From assembly GCA_963776245.1 (NCBI GenBank), contig CAVZLN010000008.1, positions 256,001 to 320,000 of the forward strand: a stretch of DNA of 64,000 nt. The letters run 5' to 3'. Positions 42,059 to 53,163 of this stretch are shown here, piece by piece. The notes beneath the pieces were generated by a model. It had not been told where the DNA came from. It was given only the letters and a program-made list of their open reading frames with translations, and ran no database searches. Position numbers and translations under genes: made by a program. Each line of letters starts with the position of its first letter. The first letter of the stretch is position 1. The stretch comes from Candidatus Eiseniibacteriota bacterium. GTDB taxonomy: Bacteria; Eisenbacteria; RBG-16-71-46.

Positions 42059-45000
42059 CAGAAGGTGAACTGAGCGCGCAGCTCGACGGTGATGCTGCGG
42101 CGCATGATGTCCTGCTGGATGTTGTGGGTCTGCAGGAAGCCGAGCGCCGCATTGCCGGAGACGTTCGAGCTGAAGCCGTAGCTGCCATTGCCCCGCAGCG
42201 AGATGCGATTCTCGTTCTTGGGATAGATGGGGACCGAGCGCCGTCCCCGCAGGATGCGGACGGTCTGTCCGGTGCTCTTCTCGTACGCACCCGCCACGCC
42301 GAGGGACACGCTGGTCCTCACGGTGGAAGTGCGGCCCAGCACGTTCACCTTCTGACCCTGCGTATACGAGCGGTTCAGGCTGAAGTTCATGGTGGTGTTC
42401 ACGTCCTCCTGCACCGTCTGGACGAGCCGGAAGTTCTCGCGGCTGGTGCTGCGCCGGTCGACCTTGAGTTCCACGCGGGTCCCGTTGCGGAGGTCCCCAT
42501 TGAGACTGAACAGCGGGCGCATGTCCCATCCGTCCGAGGCCGTCGTCAGGGTGCCGCCCAGCCGTTCCCAGCTCCGCGCGCGCGACAGCGAAGTGCGCAG
42601 GCGCGGATTGGTGAGCAGCTTGTCGAGACGCACCGCGGTCGGGATGCGCCCGTAGTCCACCTCGAGGTCCGGGAATCGCATCGCGGTGGTGGCCGAGCGG
42701 ACCTCGTTGTTCTCGCGCTGCTGGTCCGAGACCTCGGCGCGCGAGGAGAGCGCCGCCCCCAGGCCGATGTCGATGCGCGAACGCATCGACGCGCTGCGCA
42801 TCAGCGTCCGGCCTTCCTGATTCCCGTACTGGGCCCGCACCCGCCCGGTCCCGTCGGGCGCGAGGCCCGGATCGTCGCTGACGCCCATCATGTAGAGCAG
42901 GCTCGGCGTGCCGGTGAGCCGGGCGAAGTTGGACGACTTGGTCACCGAGCTCTCGAACGAGACCGTGCCGAGCCGGGCGAGCACGCTGGCCGGGCGGAAC
43001 GGGGCGCGCGACGGCGCCGCTCCGGTGTCGCGACGGGCCGGCGTGGCGGTCGGCGGCTTGCCGAGGCGGTCGAACGGCAGCTCCCAGGAGAGCCGCGCGC
43101 CCTGGCCGTTGTTCACCGAGCGCACGCTCAGGTCGGACGACAGTTCCGGCCCGTTGTTCTGCCCGTAGCTTGAATTCCACGAGAGTCTCGGGCGCAGCCA
43201 GGGGCCGCGCTGGAGCGTCAGGTCGGCATCCATGCTCTGCGCCCAGCGCACCACGCGGCCGAAGTTGATCTTGCCCAGCATCCCCCCCTGCTTGAGCAGG
43301 CTCGGATCGAGCGAGAGATTGCGCACGCCCTCGAAATGATGGTGGAGGAGGTCGATGGGGCGCGAATCGCCGCCGAACGACACCATCGCGCTGCGGCCGC
43401 GCGTGGCATTGCGCAGCAGCAGGGAGTCGGCATACCCGCGCACACGGTCCCAGGTGGAGTCCACGCTCGACGACATCGCGTAGCGCCAGTACAGCCGTTC
43501 CGGCAGCGGGTAGAAACGGGCCTTGGTGCGGGGCAGACCGAGGGACCACACGCCGCGCGGGGCGATGTCCCAGTTGACGGCCTGGCTCGTCGTCCGATGG
43601 TTGCCCAGCGTGCTGGGGTTCCGATTCTCCGACCACGTCTTGGAAAGGCTCGCGCTGATGCCGCCGAGGGTGTAGCGGAGCAGCGGGTTCGACCGCGCGC
43701 CCCAGTTGCGCGCGTACGCCGTGCTGAAGGAGCGCGTGCTCGAGCGCGACTCGCTCGCCTTGGCGAGAAAGCCGGTCCGCACCACATCGTCACCGGCGGT
43801 GAAGCGCGGCTTGGAGGACGTGCTCGAGTACCCGTAGGTCAGCGGCAGCGTGATCCCGGTCCCCTCGAAGAAGCGGTGCAACTGCAGCGTGCCTCCCAGG
43901 TTGGCCTGGTTCTGGCTGCTGCCGGTGCCGCGCGTCTCCCCGACCGTGAGGAAGTCCGCGTCGCGCGAGTTGAGCGAACCGGAGTACTGGAGGAGGTTGG
44001 CGATGTTCCCGCTGGCCGAGAATCTCCCGGCCTTCCCGACGTCCTTCGCCACGTCGGTGGCGCGGAACTCGTCGATCCAGAGCTGCCCCTGGCTCCAACT
44101 GCGCGCGGTCACCCCGGATCCGTTGATCAGCCCGACCGAGATGCGCCTCAGCCGGGTGAACGAGGGCCGCCCCTTGACGACGTATCGCACCCCGCCGGGG
44201 CCGGCCGCCTCGTAGAGGATCGGATCGGTCTGCGGGAAGCGGTCCTGGAGCTTGAGGTTCGACAGGTCGGTGAGCGTCAGCGAGATGCGGCTCCAGCGCA
44301 CGTTGCCGGCCGTCGAGGCGGCCGGCACCGGGGCCCGGTATTCGTAGTAATTGCGGCCGTTCTCGTCGGAGGCGAAGCGCACGAAGTACCACAGCGTGTC
44401 GCGCCCCGGATCGTAGCCCGGGATGTCGAAGCCGGTCACGTACCATTCGAGCTTGCCGTAGCGGCTGTAGTTCTCGTCCACCGAGAACGCCTTGTACGCC
44501 TCGAGCGTGTCGCCGCGGTCGAGACGCGCGAACTCGAGCGCCAGCGACTGTTCGCGGCGCGCCACCTCCTGTGCGCCGTTGCGCGTCTGGCCGGGATCGA
44601 ACGGCGGCACGTACAGGTCGGCGTTGTCGACCGAGTTCACGGTATTGAGCGTGAGCGTGGTGCCCTTCGCGGTGAGCCGCGCGGTCACCGCGTTCGACTG
44701 CCACCGGCTGCCCACGATGTCGAGCCCGCCGAGGACGAGCAACGGGCGCACGACCAGGTTCTTGCCGTCGTTCCACAGCGCCTCGGTCGCGGGATCCGGG
44801 TCCGGGTTCACGATGCCCTCGACCCACACGCGCACGTGCCTCGCGAGCGCGAGGTTCGCGTTGCCGAACTCGAGGCGGCGCTTGTCGTCGAGCGGGATGC
44901 GGTAGCGACGCCAGCCGTTGTCCGGGCTCACCGCGCCCGGGAAGTCCCGCTGGATGTCGGACACCAGATACGAGGTGGAGTCCTCCGAGGCCTTCGCCTC

Positions 45001-48000
45001 GTTGCCGAGATCGAGGGTGTACTCGAAATAGCCCTCCTGCGTGTCGAGGATGCCGTTCGAGTTGAGGTCCTCGGTGTCGGGCGTCGGGTTGACCCGCCGG
45101 TTCCCCTCCGCGCCATTGGAATAGCGGAAGCGCCGCGCGTCGAGATCGTTCGGATAGCTCTCGATCGGGGTGCCGAAGTCGTCGCCCGCGGGGTCCTGAT
45201 CGCCCGCGGTGGACAGGTCGCGCGCCGGCAACTTCTCGATGACGTCCTTGGAGTCCTTGGAATTCCGCTGGCTCAGCTTGCCATCGTACCCGGTGTCCTC
45301 GTTGTCGCTCTCAACCGCGCTCAACTGACCGTCCAGGTTGCGGTCCTCGGTGTCGAGCACGTTGTTCGGGGGCTCGTCGGGCGAGCGCATCTGGTCCTCG
45401 CTCACCTGTCCGATGTCCACGTGGAGCTTCACGTGGCGGCCGCGGACACGGGGCACGCCGACGCCGGTGTGGAGGTCGTTGAAGTCGTTCACCCACAGCT
45501 CGATGAATTGCGAGCGCGTGAGGTCGAGCCCGACCGGATCGAGGGGATAGGTGAGCGACACCCACAGCGAGTCGGTCGGGCTCAGGTCCGGGGCCCGCGC
45601 GCCGGTAGGGCGCCGGGGCACCGAGATCGCCAGCGCCTGGCGGTTGTTGTTGGCGCCCTGGGCCTCGTTGAGATTGGGCTTGAGGTCCTTCTCCTTGATG
45701 CCGGTGGGCGGGGTGTACCAGTGCACCTCGGCGTTCTTGACGAAGGTCAGGCTCGGGCTGGTGAGCCGGGTGATGTTGCCGCTCTCGAGCCGGCTGGGCA
45801 CGCTGCCGTAGCGCCAACGCTCGGGGCTCATCGTCAGCGAGACCGCGTCGCGGATCCCCTCCATGTCGTCGATGAACACCTCGTTGCGGGTGTTCGGGTT
45901 CGGGAACGACATGCCTCCCTCGGCCTGGACGCTCAGGTCCGAGGGCGCGGTGGTGCGCACCCCGGGCAGGCGATCGGCCAGCCGCGTGAGCCACGCGGGA
46001 TGGACGGTCCACTGCGTGTTGAGGTCCCCGATCAGGCTGCGCGAGGGCTCCTCGCCGAGTCGCGGGCGCAGGTCCTGCGCGCCACGGCTCTCGTAGAGGA
46101 ACGCGCCGCCCATCGAGCGCTCGCGGCCCTCGATCCGGAACGCGCTCCCCAGCAGCGTGCGGCCCGCCTGCTGGAACAGCGGGGCGTACGAGTAGTCGAT
46201 GTTGAGATTGTCCGCCGCCCCCACCTGCTTCTTCATCGTGACGCGCCCGAGGTCGTAGTCGATGACGTAGTCGCGATCGCGCACGAGGACCTGCCCGTTG
46301 ATGGTGACGACGTCCGAGCCCTCCATGATGTTCCCGCGCCCGAGCTGGATCTCGCCGCCGGCCTTCGCGGCGGTGAAGTCCACGTCGATGAAGTACAGCG
46401 CGTCCTGATTGCGCTCCATCGTGTACTTGTCGTAGATGAGCGCGTTCGCGCCGTCGAGCGAGTCGCGCGGGCCCACCAGCGTGGCGCGTCTCAGCAGGGC
46501 CCGGTTGATGCGCATCTCGAAGCTGGTGGTGTCCGGGCCCGCGATGCGCGGCGCGAAGGGGCGCGGGTCGGGGAAGAACAGCACGCCGTTCTCGTAGTCC
46601 ACGAACACGTTGTAGGGCGCGCTCTGATCGTCCTTGAGCGCCGTGCCGTCCACCGCCCCGTCGTGCCCCCGGGTCGGGATGCCGCTGGTCTCGTCGAGAT
46701 TGTCGAGCCCCAGCAGCTCGATGTAGGGGATCGAGACGGAGCCCCGCACCAGGGAGGTGACCGGCGGGATGGTGACGTCGCGGCGGATGCTGAGCTGGAA
46801 GGTCTTGGGGTCGATGCGCGAGCCCGGCAGCTGGTAGAAGTTCCGCAGTTCGAGATCGCGCACCCGGTCCAGCGGACGGGTGGTGTCGAACAGCCCGGTG
46901 AGCGGGTCCCGGCCCATCGCGCTGACCGGCGCGCGCAGCAGCTTCAGGGTCAGCGACGAGTCGGCCTCCACGCCGCCGCCCACCTGGATGTCGTACGGAC
47001 CGGTCGAGCCCGCCGGGCGCGCCACGAACGTCACCCCCAGTCGCTGCTCGCCGGTCAGCGGCTGGCGCATGCGCAGGACCTTGAAGTACGGCCCGTACAC
47101 CTGGAGGATCTCGTAGTCCTCGCGGTTCGAGATCGCGAACACGCCGCGCGAGTAGGCGGTGTCGCCCGGGAAGCCGGGTCGCAGGCGCGGGTCCACGTAC
47201 GCGCGGCCCTTGACCGAGCCGGTGCCGTCGTTGGTGAAGATCGCGTCGTCCACGTAGACGTGGATGCTCGAATCCGGGATGTCGAGCGTCTCGAGGTTGG
47301 GATCGTAGAGCAGGAAGTACACGCCCTTCAGGTAGTCGGCGTCGAACAGCGTCCGCTGCTCGTGCGAGGCCCCTCCCCCGTACGAGGCGCGCTCGCTCCG
47401 GCCCTCCTGCTTGCTGGCCAGCACGGTGAAGTCGAGCGGGCCCGTGCGGGTCGCGAGCTTGGCGCCGAACAGGCCCTCGTTCTTGCCCGAGTACGACACG
47501 TACTGCGTGCCGGGCAGGGTCAGGCTGGTGTTGCCGAGGTCGAGCGCCTGGACCACGTCCTCCTCGTCGCCGCGGTAGTTGATGGCGATGCGGTTGGCGA
47601 GCGGGATCTGGTAGGCCGAGTTCTGGAGCAGGTTGACCTTGACGCGGTCCGACAGCTGTCCCTCGAGGCGGATGTCGAGGTTCTGCTGCATGTCGAGGGA
47701 CGGGAACATCGATTGCTTCTGGCCCAGCAATCCGATCTGCTGGTTGGACCAGTTGCTGGTGCCCGAGAGCGTGATGTTCTCGGAGCCCGACACGTTGATG
47801 GCCGGCCCGCCCGGCCCGAGCCAGGACTGCACGCGCTTGGGCAGCGGCGACGGCAACTGGAACGAGATCCCGCTCTCGCGCTGCTGCTGGGCACTCGACC
47901 CGGCCATGGTGTTGATCTGGCAGCGCGAGCGCTCCCGCCAGGAGCGCTCGAAACTGGCGCGCTTCAGGTCGTGCACGTACTCGCGCAGCGGGATGCGCGT

Positions 48001-48315
48001 CCCCTCGTCCAGCGCCACCTCGCCGAACTCGGTCCGCGCGCGCACCTCGCTCGAGTCGGGGTCGAAGTCCACGCGCAGCTTGCGCGGGTCGTAGCGGAGG
48101 AGCATGCCGGGCCGCCCGGGGCGGCTCAGGGGGCGCAACTGGGCGCCCACGAAGCGGCTCTCGAGCGCCAGTCGCGACACGCTCCGCCACGCCGGGGGCA
48201 GGGTGTCCGCCAGCACCGGCGTGACGTGCTTCTTGAGGCCGAAGCCGGGGAAGGGGCCGAAGCCGGGGAAGGCGATGAGCACGGCCAAGGCCGGCAGAGT
48301 CAGGGCATTCAGCAT
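42058..48315 (-). CDS. sprA: SprA/Sov-like very large outer-membrane beta-barrel (T9SS translocon homologue), 2085 aa
   Basis: LDLGNTSLTLP..GLFGAK, EGSDVVTING..L..DRDYVIDYDLG, RPRLGEEP, FIDDMEG and two DTED.N.(D/N)G.L motifs; amphipathic beta-strands and a C-terminal Phe. Confidence 0.8.
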   Translation of the reverse strand: MLNALTLPALAVLIAFPGFGPFPGFGLKKHVTPVLADTLPPAWRSVSRLALESRFVGAQLRPLSRPGRPGMLLRYDPRKLRVDFDPDSSEVRARTEFGEVALDEGTRIPLREYVHDLKRASFERSWRERSRCQINTMAGSSAQQQRESGISFQLPSPLPKRVQSWLGPGGPAINVSGSENITLSGTSNWSNQQIGLLGQKQSMFPSLDMQQNLDIRLEGQLSDRVKVNLLQNSAYQIPLANRIAINYRGDEEDVVQALDLGNTSLTLPGTQYVSYSGKNEGLFGAKLATRTGPLDFTVLASKQEGRSERASYGGGASHEQRTLFDADYLKGVYFLLYDPNLETLDIPDSSIHVYVDDAIFTNDGTGSVKGRAYVDPRLRPGFPGDTAYSRGVFAISNREDYEILQVYGPYFKVLRMRQPLTGEQRLGVTFVARPAGSTGPYDIQVGGGVEADSSLTLKLLRAPVSAMGRDPLTGLFDTTRPLDRVRDLELRNFYQLPGSRIDPKTFQLSIRRDVTIPPVTSLVRGSVSIPYIELLGLDNLDETSGIPTRGHDGAVDGTALKDDQSAPYNVFVDYENGVLFFPDPRPFAPRIAGPDTTSFEMRINRALLRRATLVGPRDSLDGANALIYDKYTMERNQDALYFIDVDFTAAKAGGEIQLGRGNIMEGSDVVTINGQVLVRDRDYVIDYDLGRVTMKKQVGAADNLNIDYSYAPLFQQAGRTLLGSAFRIEGRERSMGGAFLYESRGAQDLRPRLGEEPSRSLIGDLNTQWTVHPAWLTRLADRLPGVRTTAPSDLSVQAEGGMSFPNPNTRNEVFIDDMEGIRDAVSLTMSPERWRYGSVPSRLESGNITRLTSPSLTFVKNAEVHWYTPPTGIKEKDLKPNLNEAQGANNNRQALAISVPRRPTGARAPDLSPTDSLWVSLTYPLDPVGLDLTRSQFIELWVNDFNDLHTGVGVPRVRGRHVKLHVDIGQVSEDQMRSPDEPPNNVLDTEDRNLDGQLSAVESDNEDTGYDGKLSQRNSKDSKDVIEKLPARDLSTAGDQDPAGDDFGTPIESYPNDLDARRFRYSNGAEGNRRVNPTPDTEDLNSNGILDTQEGYFEYTLDLGNEAKASEDSTSYLVSDIQRDFPGAVSPDNGWRRYRIPLDDKRRLEFGNANLALARHVRVWVEGIVNPDPDPATEALWNDGKNLVVRPLLVLGGLDIVGSRWQSNAVTARLTAKGTTLTLNTVNSVDNADLYVPPFDPGQTRNGAQEVARREQSLALEFARLDRGDTLEAYKAFSVDENYSRYGKLEWYVTGFDIPGYDPGRDTLWYFVRFASDENGRNYYEYRAPVPAASTAGNVRWSRISLTLTDLSNLKLQDRFPQTDPILYEAAGPGGVRYVVKGRPSFTRLRRISVGLINGSGVTARSWSQGQLWIDEFRATDVAKDVGKAGRFSASGNIANLLQYSGSLNSRDADFLTVGETRGTGSSQNQANLGGTLQLHRFFEGTGITLPLTYGYSSTSSKPRFTAGDDVVRTGFLAKASESRSSTRSFSTAYARNWGARSNPLLRYTLGGISASLSKTWSENRNPSTLGNHRTTSQAVNWDIAPRGVWSLGLPRTKARFYPLPERLYWRYAMSSSVDSTWDRVRGYADSLLLRNATRGRSAMVSFGGDSRPIDLLHHHFEGVRNLSLDPSLLKQGGMLGKINFGRVVRWAQSMDADLTLQRGPWLRPRLSWNSSYGQNNGPELSSDLSVRSVNNGQGARLSWELPFDRLGKPPTATPARRDTGAAPSRAPFRPASVLARLGTVSFESSVTKSSNFARLTGTPSLLYMMGVSDDPGLAPDGTGRVRAQYGNQEGRTLMRSASMRSRIDIGLGAALSSRAEVSDQQRENNEVRSATTAMRFPDLEVDYGRIPTAVRLDKLLTNPRLRTSLSRARSWERLGGTLTTASDGWDMRPLFSLNGDLRNGTRVELKVDRRSTSRENFRLVQTVQEDVNTTMNFSLNRSYTQGQKVNVLGRTSTVRTSVSLGVAGAYEKSTGQTVRILRGRRSVPIYPKNENRISLRGNGSYGFSSNVSGNAALGFLQTHNIQQDIMRRSITVELRAQFTF

Positions 48316-48355
48316 CGGATCGGCGAGGGTCCCTCAGGGAGCGAGAGCATGGGCG

Positions 48356-48384
48356 ACCCTATCAGCCTGCCTTCGGTGGGTCAA
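48356..48384 (-). promoter_or_regulatory. sigma70 promoter TTGACC-N17-TAGGGT for sprA
   Basis: Both hexamers with a 17-nt spacer and an extended TG, in the sprA/lptF divergent gap. Confidence 0.5.
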
Positions 48385-48441
48385 AGCATTGGGCGGCTTT
48401 TCGTTCGCTCCCGCCCCGGCGCCTGAGGTAGGCTCCGGCGC

Positions 48442-49812
48442 GTGCGCATCCTTCGTACCTACATCCTTCGCCTGCATCTGGTTCCGTTCGTCCTGGGCTT
48501 CGGGGTGGTGACGTTCATCCTCGAGATGGACGTCCTGTTCGACTACCTCGACCTGCTCGTGAACCGGGGGGTGGATCCGGCCATCGTCGGGCAGTTGTTC
48601 GTGCTCTCGCTCGGTTACATCGTGGCGCTGAGCGCCCCGTGCGCGGTCCTGGTGGCCGTGCTCATGACGTTCGGGCGGCTGTCGCAGGACAACGAGATCA
48701 CGGCCCTTCGCGCCGGGGGGGTGAACCTCGGGAGCGTCCTCCTCGGGCCGATCGCCGCCTCGGTCCTGCTGACGGTGGGGCTCACCCTGTTCAACAACCA
48801 CGTGCTCCCCGAGTCCAACCACGCCTTCGCCAATCTCCTGATCGACATCGGGCGTATGCGACCGACCGTGAAGCTCCAGGAGGGCGTGTTCATCACCGAC
48901 TTCCCGGGCTACAACCTGCTGGTCCAGTCGGTGAACGGGCGCACCAACGAGCTGCACGGCGTGACCATCTACCAGTTCAATCCCGGCGGCCCGCCGCGCA
49001 CGATCATCGCCAAGCGCGGCCTGCTCTCGTACACGCCGGACGGCCACGACGCGGTGCTCGAGCTCGCCGACGGGGAGATCCATGAGGTGGTGGCGGAGGA
49101 GCAGGGCTCGCGCCGCTATCACCGGCTGGTGTTCAAGACCCAGGTCATCCACATCCTCGGCGCCGGCGGCGTCCTCGAGCGCACGGTCCGCGACCAGCGC
49201 AGCGACCGTGAGATGAGCGCCCACGATCTGGCGGTAGAAGCCGCCAAGGTGCGCGCCCAGTACAACGACGCGTACGCCTCGCACGCCCGCCACCTGCTGG
49301 ACGCCGGGTACCCGCCGCAGGCGATCGACGCGCTCGCGCCCGACCATCTGCCGTGGGGGCGCCGCGTGGCGCGCGCGCTCGAGGCGCTCGGCGGGCGGCG
49401 CGACTCGTCGGCCGCGCAGGCGCTCACGGCCCCGCTCCTGCGGACGGAGCTCGAGCTGTGGGGACTCGAGAGCCACGCGCTGCGCCGGCGCATCGCAGGG
49501 CTTTCGGTCGAGTTCCACAAGAAGTTCTCGCTGCCCGCGGCGTGCGTGGTGTTCGTGCTCATCGGCGCGCCGATCGGGATGCGCGTGAAGCGGGCGGGCC
49601 CCGCGGTGGCGTTCGTCTCGGTGCTGTTCTTCCTGTTCTACTACCTGTGCCTGGTGGGGGGCGAGGAGCTCGCCAACCGCCTGTTGCTCCCGCCCTGGTT
49701 GTCGATGTGGCTGCCCAACCTGGTGCTCGGCCTGTGGGGGATCCACGCGACGCTGCGCGCCTGTGACCTGGGCGGGCTGGTGCCACGACGCACGCGCCGG
49801 GCGCACGCGTGA
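48442..49812 (+). CDS. lptF: LPS export ABC permease, LptF/LptG family
   Basis: RILRTYI, FGRLSQDNEITALRAGG, EFHKKFSLP..C and MWLPN. Confidence 0.85.
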   Translation: MRILRTYILRLHLVPFVLGFGVVTFILEMDVLFDYLDLLVNRGVDPAIVGQLFVLSLGYIVALSAPCAVLVAVLMTFGRLSQDNEITALRAGGVNLGSVLLGPIAASVLLTVGLTLFNNHVLPESNHAFANLLIDIGRMRPTVKLQEGVFITDFPGYNLLVQSVNGRTNELHGVTIYQFNPGGPPRTIIAKRGLLSYTPDGHDAVLELADGEIHEVVAEEQGSRRYHRLVFKTQVIHILGAGGVLERTVRDQRSDREMSAHDLAVEAAKVRAQYNDAYASHARHLLDAGYPPQAIDALAPDHLPWGRRVARALEALGGRRDSSAAQALTAPLLRTELELWGLESHALRRRIAGLSVEFHKKFSLPAACVVFVLIGAPIGMRVKRAGPAVAFVSVLFFLFYYLCLVGGEELANRLLLPPWLSMWLPNLVLGLWGIHATLRACDLGGLVPRRTRRAHA

Positions 49813-50888
49813 GGATCCTCGACCGGTACCTGCTGCGGGAGTTCGCCGGCTATCTCGCGCTCGGGCTCTGCGGGTTCATCGCCATCTTCGTGGTGGTGGA
49901 CATCTTCGAGAAGATCGACGTGTTCCTCGACCATCGCGCGCCCCTCGGACTGGTGGCGCGCTTCTACCTCTACCGCGCGCCCGAAGTGGTGGTGCAGGTG
50001 CTGCCGGTGGCCCTGCTGCTCGCCACCTTCCTCGCCCTCGGCCAGCTCAACAAGTTCGGAGAGCTGACCGCCATGCGGGCCGCCGGGGTCTCGCTGCTGC
50101 GGCTGCTGCGACCGGTGTTCCTGGTGGCGCTCGGCGCGGTGGCCACCGCGTTCCTGCTGAGCGAGCGCGTCGTCCCGGGCGCCAACCACGAACGCGACGT
50201 GATCTACGAGCGGCAGATCCAGGGGGTGCGGCACGAGGAGATCCGGGAGCGCGCCGACGTCACCTACCTCGGCGAGGGCGGCCGCATCTTCTACATGCGG
50301 CTCTACCTCGTGAAGGAGCGGCGCATGCACGAGGTCTCGGTGCAGGAGTTCCGCCTCGGCACCATCACCCGCCGCATCGACGCGGCCGAGGCCACCTGGG
50401 ACGGAACGAGCTGGGTGTTCGCGTCGGGCGTCACGCGCACCTTCACGCGCGGCAAGGAGACCGCGAAGCCCTTCGAGCGCCTGGCGCTGCACGGACTCGC
50501 CGAGCGGCCGGAGGACTTCGCCAAGGAGAGCCGCAATCCGGCCGAGATGGACTACGCCGAGCTGCGCGCCTACGTCCAGAAGCTGCGCGCCAGCGGCGCG
50601 CGGGTGGCGAACTACCTGGTGGACCTCCATCTCAAGCTGGCGTTCCCGCTCATCAACCTGATCGTGGTGCTGATCGGCGCCTCGCTCGCCACCCGGCTGC
50701 GCATGCAGGGAGCGGCGCTCGGGTTCGGGCTCTCGGTGGGCATCGCGTTCCTGTACTACGCGCTGCTGCGGGCCGGGCAGGCGCTGGGACACAACGGCGC
50801 GCTCCCGCCCTACCTGGCGGCGTGGCTCGCCGATCTGGTGTTCGGGTCGGTCGGGCTGGCGATGATCGCGTCCGCCCAGCGCCGCTGA
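49809..50888 (+). CDS. lptG: LPS export ABC permease, LptF/LptG family
   Basis: RILDRYL, GELTAMRAAGVS, HLKLAFP and LPPYLAAW; GTGA overlap with lptF. Confidence 0.85.
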   Translation: MRILDRYLLREFAGYLALGLCGFIAIFVVVDIFEKIDVFLDHRAPLGLVARFYLYRAPEVVVQVLPVALLLATFLALGQLNKFGELTAMRAAGVSLLRLLRPVFLVALGAVATAFLLSERVVPGANHERDVIYERQIQGVRHEEIRERADVTYLGEGGRIFYMRLYLVKERRMHEVSVQEFRLGTITRRIDAAEATWDGTSWVFASGVTRTFTRGKETAKPFERLALHGLAERPEDFAKESRNPAEMDYAELRAYVQKLRASGARVANYLVDLHLKLAFPLINLIVVLIGASLATRLRMQGAALGFGLSVGIAFLYYALLRAGQALGHNGALPPYLAAWLADLVFGSVGLAMIASAQRR

Positions 50889-50904
50889 GCGCGGGCCCGC
50901 CCGG

Positions 50905-51588
50905 TCACACCTCGAACGCCCGCGGCAGCGCGTCGAGGGTCGCGCAGAACTCCACGTCCTCGGCGAACGGCCCGCCCAGCCCGCGCAGGAAGCGCCCGTG
51001 CGCGCTCCCCTGCACCCGGGCGCGGATCGCGGCGGCATCCCGCGGCGCGAGCCTCCGCGCGAGCCGCGCCGCGGGCCCCTCGAGGCGGGCGCCCCGCGCC
51101 TCGAGCCGCGCGCAGAGCAGCCCGGCGCACGAGACGTCCTCGAGCGCGAAGGCGCCCTCGCGGCCCGCGCACACCACCACCACCTGGTCCTCCCCCCGCA
51201 GCGCGTCGGCGACCGCGCTCAGGTTGATCACCGCGGCGAGCACGCGCCGGCGGGCGTGGCGCGCGCTCCGCAGTGCGAGCGAGCCGTTGGTCGAGGCGAA
51301 GAACAGCGTGCGTCCGCGCACTTCGGCGCCGCGATACTCGGCCGGGGAGTTGCCATGGTCGAAGCCCGGCACGATGCGGCCATCGCGCTCGCCGCAGGCC
51401 CACGCGCCCGGCGCGCGCGCGCGCCGCTCGAGCGCCTCGGCCGGCGTGGCCATCGCGACCACGGCCGCCGCGCCCGCGTCGAGCGCGACGGTGAGCGTGG
51501 TGGTGGCGCGGAGCACGTCGATGATGACGGCCGCGGCGCCGGGCGGCAGGTCCGCCGGGCCGGGCGTGAACCGCACTGAGACGCGCAT
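50905..51588 (-). CDS. comB: 2-phosphosulfolactate phosphatase family protein
   Basis: IDVLRATTT, GERDG....GFDHGNSP, STNGS and CAG..G.FALED. Confidence 0.9.
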   Translation of the reverse strand: MRVSVRFTPGPADLPPGAAAVIIDVLRATTTLTVALDAGAAAVVAMATPAEALERRARAPGAWACGERDGRIVPGFDHGNSPAEYRGAEVRGRTLFFASTNGSLALRSARHARRRVLAAVINLSAVADALRGEDQVVVVCAGREGAFALEDVSCAGLLCARLEARGARLEGPAARLARRLAPRDAAAIRARVQGSAHGRFLRGLGGPFAEDVEFCATLDALPRAFEV

Positions 51589-51599
51589 GTCCCCGGCGG

Positions 51600-51740
51600 C
51601 TAGACTGTGTCTGAGAAGCCCGATTGCGGCGTTGGCTTCGTCGCTCCTCGCTGCGGAGTATCTGTCGATACGCCTCGCTCGTCGCTCCTCGCCGGACCCG
51701 CTGCTGCGGGTACCCCGCAATCGGGCTTCTGAGACACAGC

Positions 51741-51744
<4 letters not shown>
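51600..51744. mobile_element. MITE-like non-autonomous element, 145 bp including the flanking CTAG copies
   Basis: Terminal inverted repeats at 51600-51629 and 51715-51744 match at 28/30 nt; CTAG at both ends; no coding capacity. Confidence 0.8.
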
Positions 51745-53102
<1,358 letters not shown>

Positions 53103-53163
53103 GCTCCCCGCGGTGCGTCTGCGGCGGGGCCCACGGCGTCTCCGTGCGCCCCGCGCGACGCGG

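Noticed and set aside
48309..48350. 13-codon upstream ORF starting near the predicted sprA TSS and overlapping the sprA start
   Set aside because: Could easily arise by chance; no supporting feature beyond position.
50905..51588. comB as evidence of coenzyme M biosynthesis
   Set aside because: Stand-alone ComB-family phosphatases are widespread in bacteria, and no comA/C/D/E genes are in the window.
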